A stretch of DNA of 24,427 bases from Elsinoe ampelina. Its lineage: Eukaryota. The position numbers and the translations under genes are program-made. The DNA is taken from contig ML992512.1 in assembly GCA_010093995.1 (NCBI GenBank), positions 699,319 through 723,745 on the forward strand, given 5' to 3'. The notes beneath the pieces are model-generated. The model worked only from the letters and a program-made list of their open reading frames with translations, did no database searches and had not been told where the DNA came from. This document shows, one piece after another, positions 21,314-24,427 of this stretch (positions are counted from its first letter, which is position 1; each line of letters opens with the position of its first letter).

Positions 21314-22460
21314 TTCTACAAAAGCACTTAAAGCTATAGCAAATTAAGCGTGTCATTATTAAAAGGATTACTAAGCCGCCTATACTAAATTCTAGACTAG
21401 CTACATTAAGATAAACACTTGTAGTAGCCCGCATTAACCCTTTAATTAAATAGCTTAAACGGCTTAAACAAGCTAATTATATTAATTAAATTAATAGGCC
21501 TTTAGCTAATTACTATTATTATATCTAGATTAGCAAAAATGCTCGAGACTTAGATTCTTAAGAGAGAGAGCAACTACAATGCTTAGAGATTAACCCTTAA
21601 GGTAGCCCTCCTTAAAAAGGATATACTTAGATATATAATTTATAACATCAACTAGATACTAGTAGTTATAAAGCCTAAAGAGCTAGCCCTAGATACTAGT
21701 AAAGGCACTAAGGTAGTCTATAAGGTTAGGAATAAGACCTAGTATAAGAATAATAGAATTACTTATAGTGTTATTATAATAAGGATTTATAAATCTATTA
21801 GACCTTACTATAGTATAACTTAGAAGACTTTAAAGAAACTTCTAGACACTATTAAAGCTACATTTAAACCTATTATTTTATATAAGCTATATATAGCTAT
21901 CTATAACCTTAATAAGGTAATTATAACAAGTTATAATACTTAAAGGTACTATAAAGATTTTATAAAGTACTATTATTAATACACTATTACTATAGAATAA
22001 AGAGTAAGCACTATTAGTACTAAACTAGATAAGTTTAGGCTCTCTCTATACTATATTAAGACTATGTTTATTATAGAAACAGAGACTACTAAATAGTTAA
22101 GAAGCTAAAGATTTAGCCTTAACTACAAAAAGAGTCTTAAAGAGATAATAGACTCTCTTAGAATATAAAAGCCTCTATATAATAGAAGAACTAATCTAAA
22201 CTCTATTTATAGAGTAGCTAGTTATATTAAGGATTAATACACTTAGTATACTTATTATGTCTACTCTAATATAGATTACTTTAAGTAGTACCCTAAGAAA
22301 GTACTAAAGAGTTAAAGTAAAAGGAATAATAAAGACAGGTTAAATAATAAAGGCATAAAGGCTAAAGGTAAAGGTAATAAGTTAAAGACTAAGAAAGTTA
22401 GAGATTAAGTAGCTATTAAAGAATCTAGAGAACCTACTAAGGTAGGTAAATTAGATAAAC

Positions 22461-22807
22461 NNNNNNNNNNNNNNNNNNNNNNNNNNNNNNNNNNNNNNNN
22501 NNNNNNNNNNNNNNNNNNNNNNNNNNNNNNNNNNNNNNNNNNNNNNNNNNNNNNNNNNNNNNNNNNNNNNNNNNNNNNNNNNNNNNNNNNNNNNNNNNNN
22601 NNNNNNNNNNNNNNNNNNNNNNNNNNNNNNNNNNNNNNNNNNNNNNNNNNNNNNNNNNNNNNNNNNNNNNNNNNNNNNNNNNNNNNNNNNNNNNNNNNNN
22701 NNNNNNNNNNNNNNNNNNNNNNNNNNNNNNNNNNNNNNNNNNNNNNNNNNNNNNNNNNNNNNNNNNNNNNNNNNNNNNNNNNNNNNNNNNNNNNNNNNNN
22801 NNNNNNN
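22461..22807. other. Assembly gap (347 N) inside the Copia element
   Basis: Run of N. Confidence 0.99.
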
Positions 22808-24427
22808 ATAGAAAGGAAGTTAGCCTTATTAAACACTTTAAAAGAGTTAAATAGCTTAAGAACTTTAAAGTCTATAAGCCTAAGAACTATAAGGAATTAC
22901 CTATAAGGCTAAACCTATAGAAGCTATAGGCTATAAGAGCAAATCTAGCTATTATAACTACTTAAAAGCTAACATTAGAAAGATAGTACTAGAGGTTAAG
23001 CTATACTAGTAACACTATTCTCTCCCTTACTAAAAGCTAAGCTATTAGATTAGAAGAACTTTAAATATTAGATCTTAGCTACTATAAACTATATACTATA
23101 TTAAAGACATAGAGGGTAGTATTAAGAGAACTAAGAGATACGCTAAAGTGCTTACTAGATAAACTCTATCTAGACCTTATTAGTCTTATTAAACTATAGT
23201 TAAGTAAGGGCTATAGATATCTTCTCTTTATAATATATAGTAAGAGTAAGTATAAGTTTATTACTATTCTCTTCCTTAAGAGTAATATACTAGCAATAAT
23301 TAAACTTATCTATACAAGGAACAAAATAGCCTATAATAAGCTTTTATTTATCTTTATCTCTAATAGAGGAGGTAAATTTAAGAACTATAAACTAGTAATA
23401 GCTATTTATCTTAAAGAGTAGAGATAGAACATCTCTACACCTAATACTTAATACTAAAATAGTAAATCTAAGGCTACTAATAAAGTAGTTATTCTTAGAA
23501 CAAGGTATATCTTTGTTAATTATAGAGCACCCCTTAAACTCTAGTATATAGTTATAGAGTTTATAATCTATATTAGTAATAGGATTACCTACACTAAAAC
23601 TAAGAAGATTCCTATATAAGAGCTAAGAAAGAATCTTCTTAATAATAATAGGCTAGTCTTATTAACTTATATTAGACGCTTTAGCTATAGAGCTTATATC
23701 TATAACTAACATGTTTCTAAATTATACAAATTCTAAGCTAGAGTACTACTTAGTTAGTATATTAGTATATAGAATAACTTAATAACTAATTACCTTATCT
23801 AGATACTCTATTAGTATTATACTTAGTAAGCCTAGAAGAGAAAGATTATTATATTACCCTATATAACATTTAATAAGAACATAGTCTATAAAAACTAAGT
23901 AACATAAGTTATTAAATAGCTATATATCCTATAGGTATAATAACCTAAGGCTTTATAGCTTTAGAGGGAGTAGACATTTAGTAGTAATTATAATTAAGGC
24001 TATAGCTATAACTAACTACCCTTTAGTTATAAGAATCTATAAACTACTTAGGCTAAATAACCTTAAGTTAAATAACTAACATCTAACTACCCTTCTATCC
24101 CTAGATATAAATAACAATTATCTACCCCTATTAAAGAATAGAAGGAGCAATACTAATATCCTAAACTAGATTCTTAACCTGTTAATAAATAGGGAAAGCA
24201 ACTTAATATTACTAATTATAAAGGTAAAGACCTTATAATACTACTACCTAAAGTTATTAGTAAACCACATTTAACCTTTAATCCTATAGTTAATATTAAT
24301 TAACTACTAATATATATATAAAATAAGAATATTAACTTCCTTATTATACTATTTAATATATAACCTCTAACTAGTAAAAGAAAGAGATCTCTCTTACTAT
24401 AAGAAACTATTAGAAGGTCCCTTAGAA

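Larger units (their letters stand above)
21155..24427 (+). mobile_element. Ty1/Copia LTR retrotransposon, 5' part, heavily RIP-mutated; continues beyond the window
   Basis: LTR and PBS followed by TpA-rich gag-pol. In-frame degraded integrase motifs DKLYLDLISLI (HLDLIGPI, 23158), SNRGGKF (SDGGGEF, 23359), STPNT*Y*NSKSKATN (QNGKSE..N, 23434), then YIRRFSYRAYI (HIRRFGCRAYV) and KF*AR. No RT is seen upstream of the integrase, consistent with Copia domain order. Confidence 0.9.

Noticed and set aside
22405..22836. 143-aa ORF
   Set aside because: Artefact of the N gap.

Overview
Eukaryotic (filamentous ascomycete, probably Dothideomycete; inferred) genomic DNA: GC-rich genes with short spliceosomal introns, interrupted by two AT-rich, RIP-mutated transposons. 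Left to right: a partial secreted GH128-like glucanase (-), an Aim6/PLC-like phosphodiesterase (-), an NADPH-dependent FMN reductase (-), a small 88-aa hypothetical protein (+), an unresolved 1 kb segment, a METTL25/RRNAD1-type methyltransferase (-), the t-SNARE Tlg1/syntaxin-6 (+), a multiply broken secreted PAN/apple + GLEYA adhesin pseudogene (-), a Met12-type MTHFR (+), a complete 2752-bp Fot1/pogo DNA transposon (perfect 42-bp TIRs, TA target duplication, RIP-destroyed transposase), a Pmp3 proteolipid (+), CFIm25/NUDT21 (+, with a predicted GC-AG intron), and the 5' part of a RIP-destroyed Ty1/Copia element (142-bp LTR, half-tRNA primer site, 347-N gap). The most unusual observations are an inferred S/T-Q repeat cluster in the transposase, the adhesin architecture and its decay, the transposon sitting in the Pmp3 promoter with intact regulatory-looking ends, and recurrent C-to-G skew flips. 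No clearly new multi-gene system could be established from the sequence alone. All family assignments come from motif recognition by eye, not from database searches.
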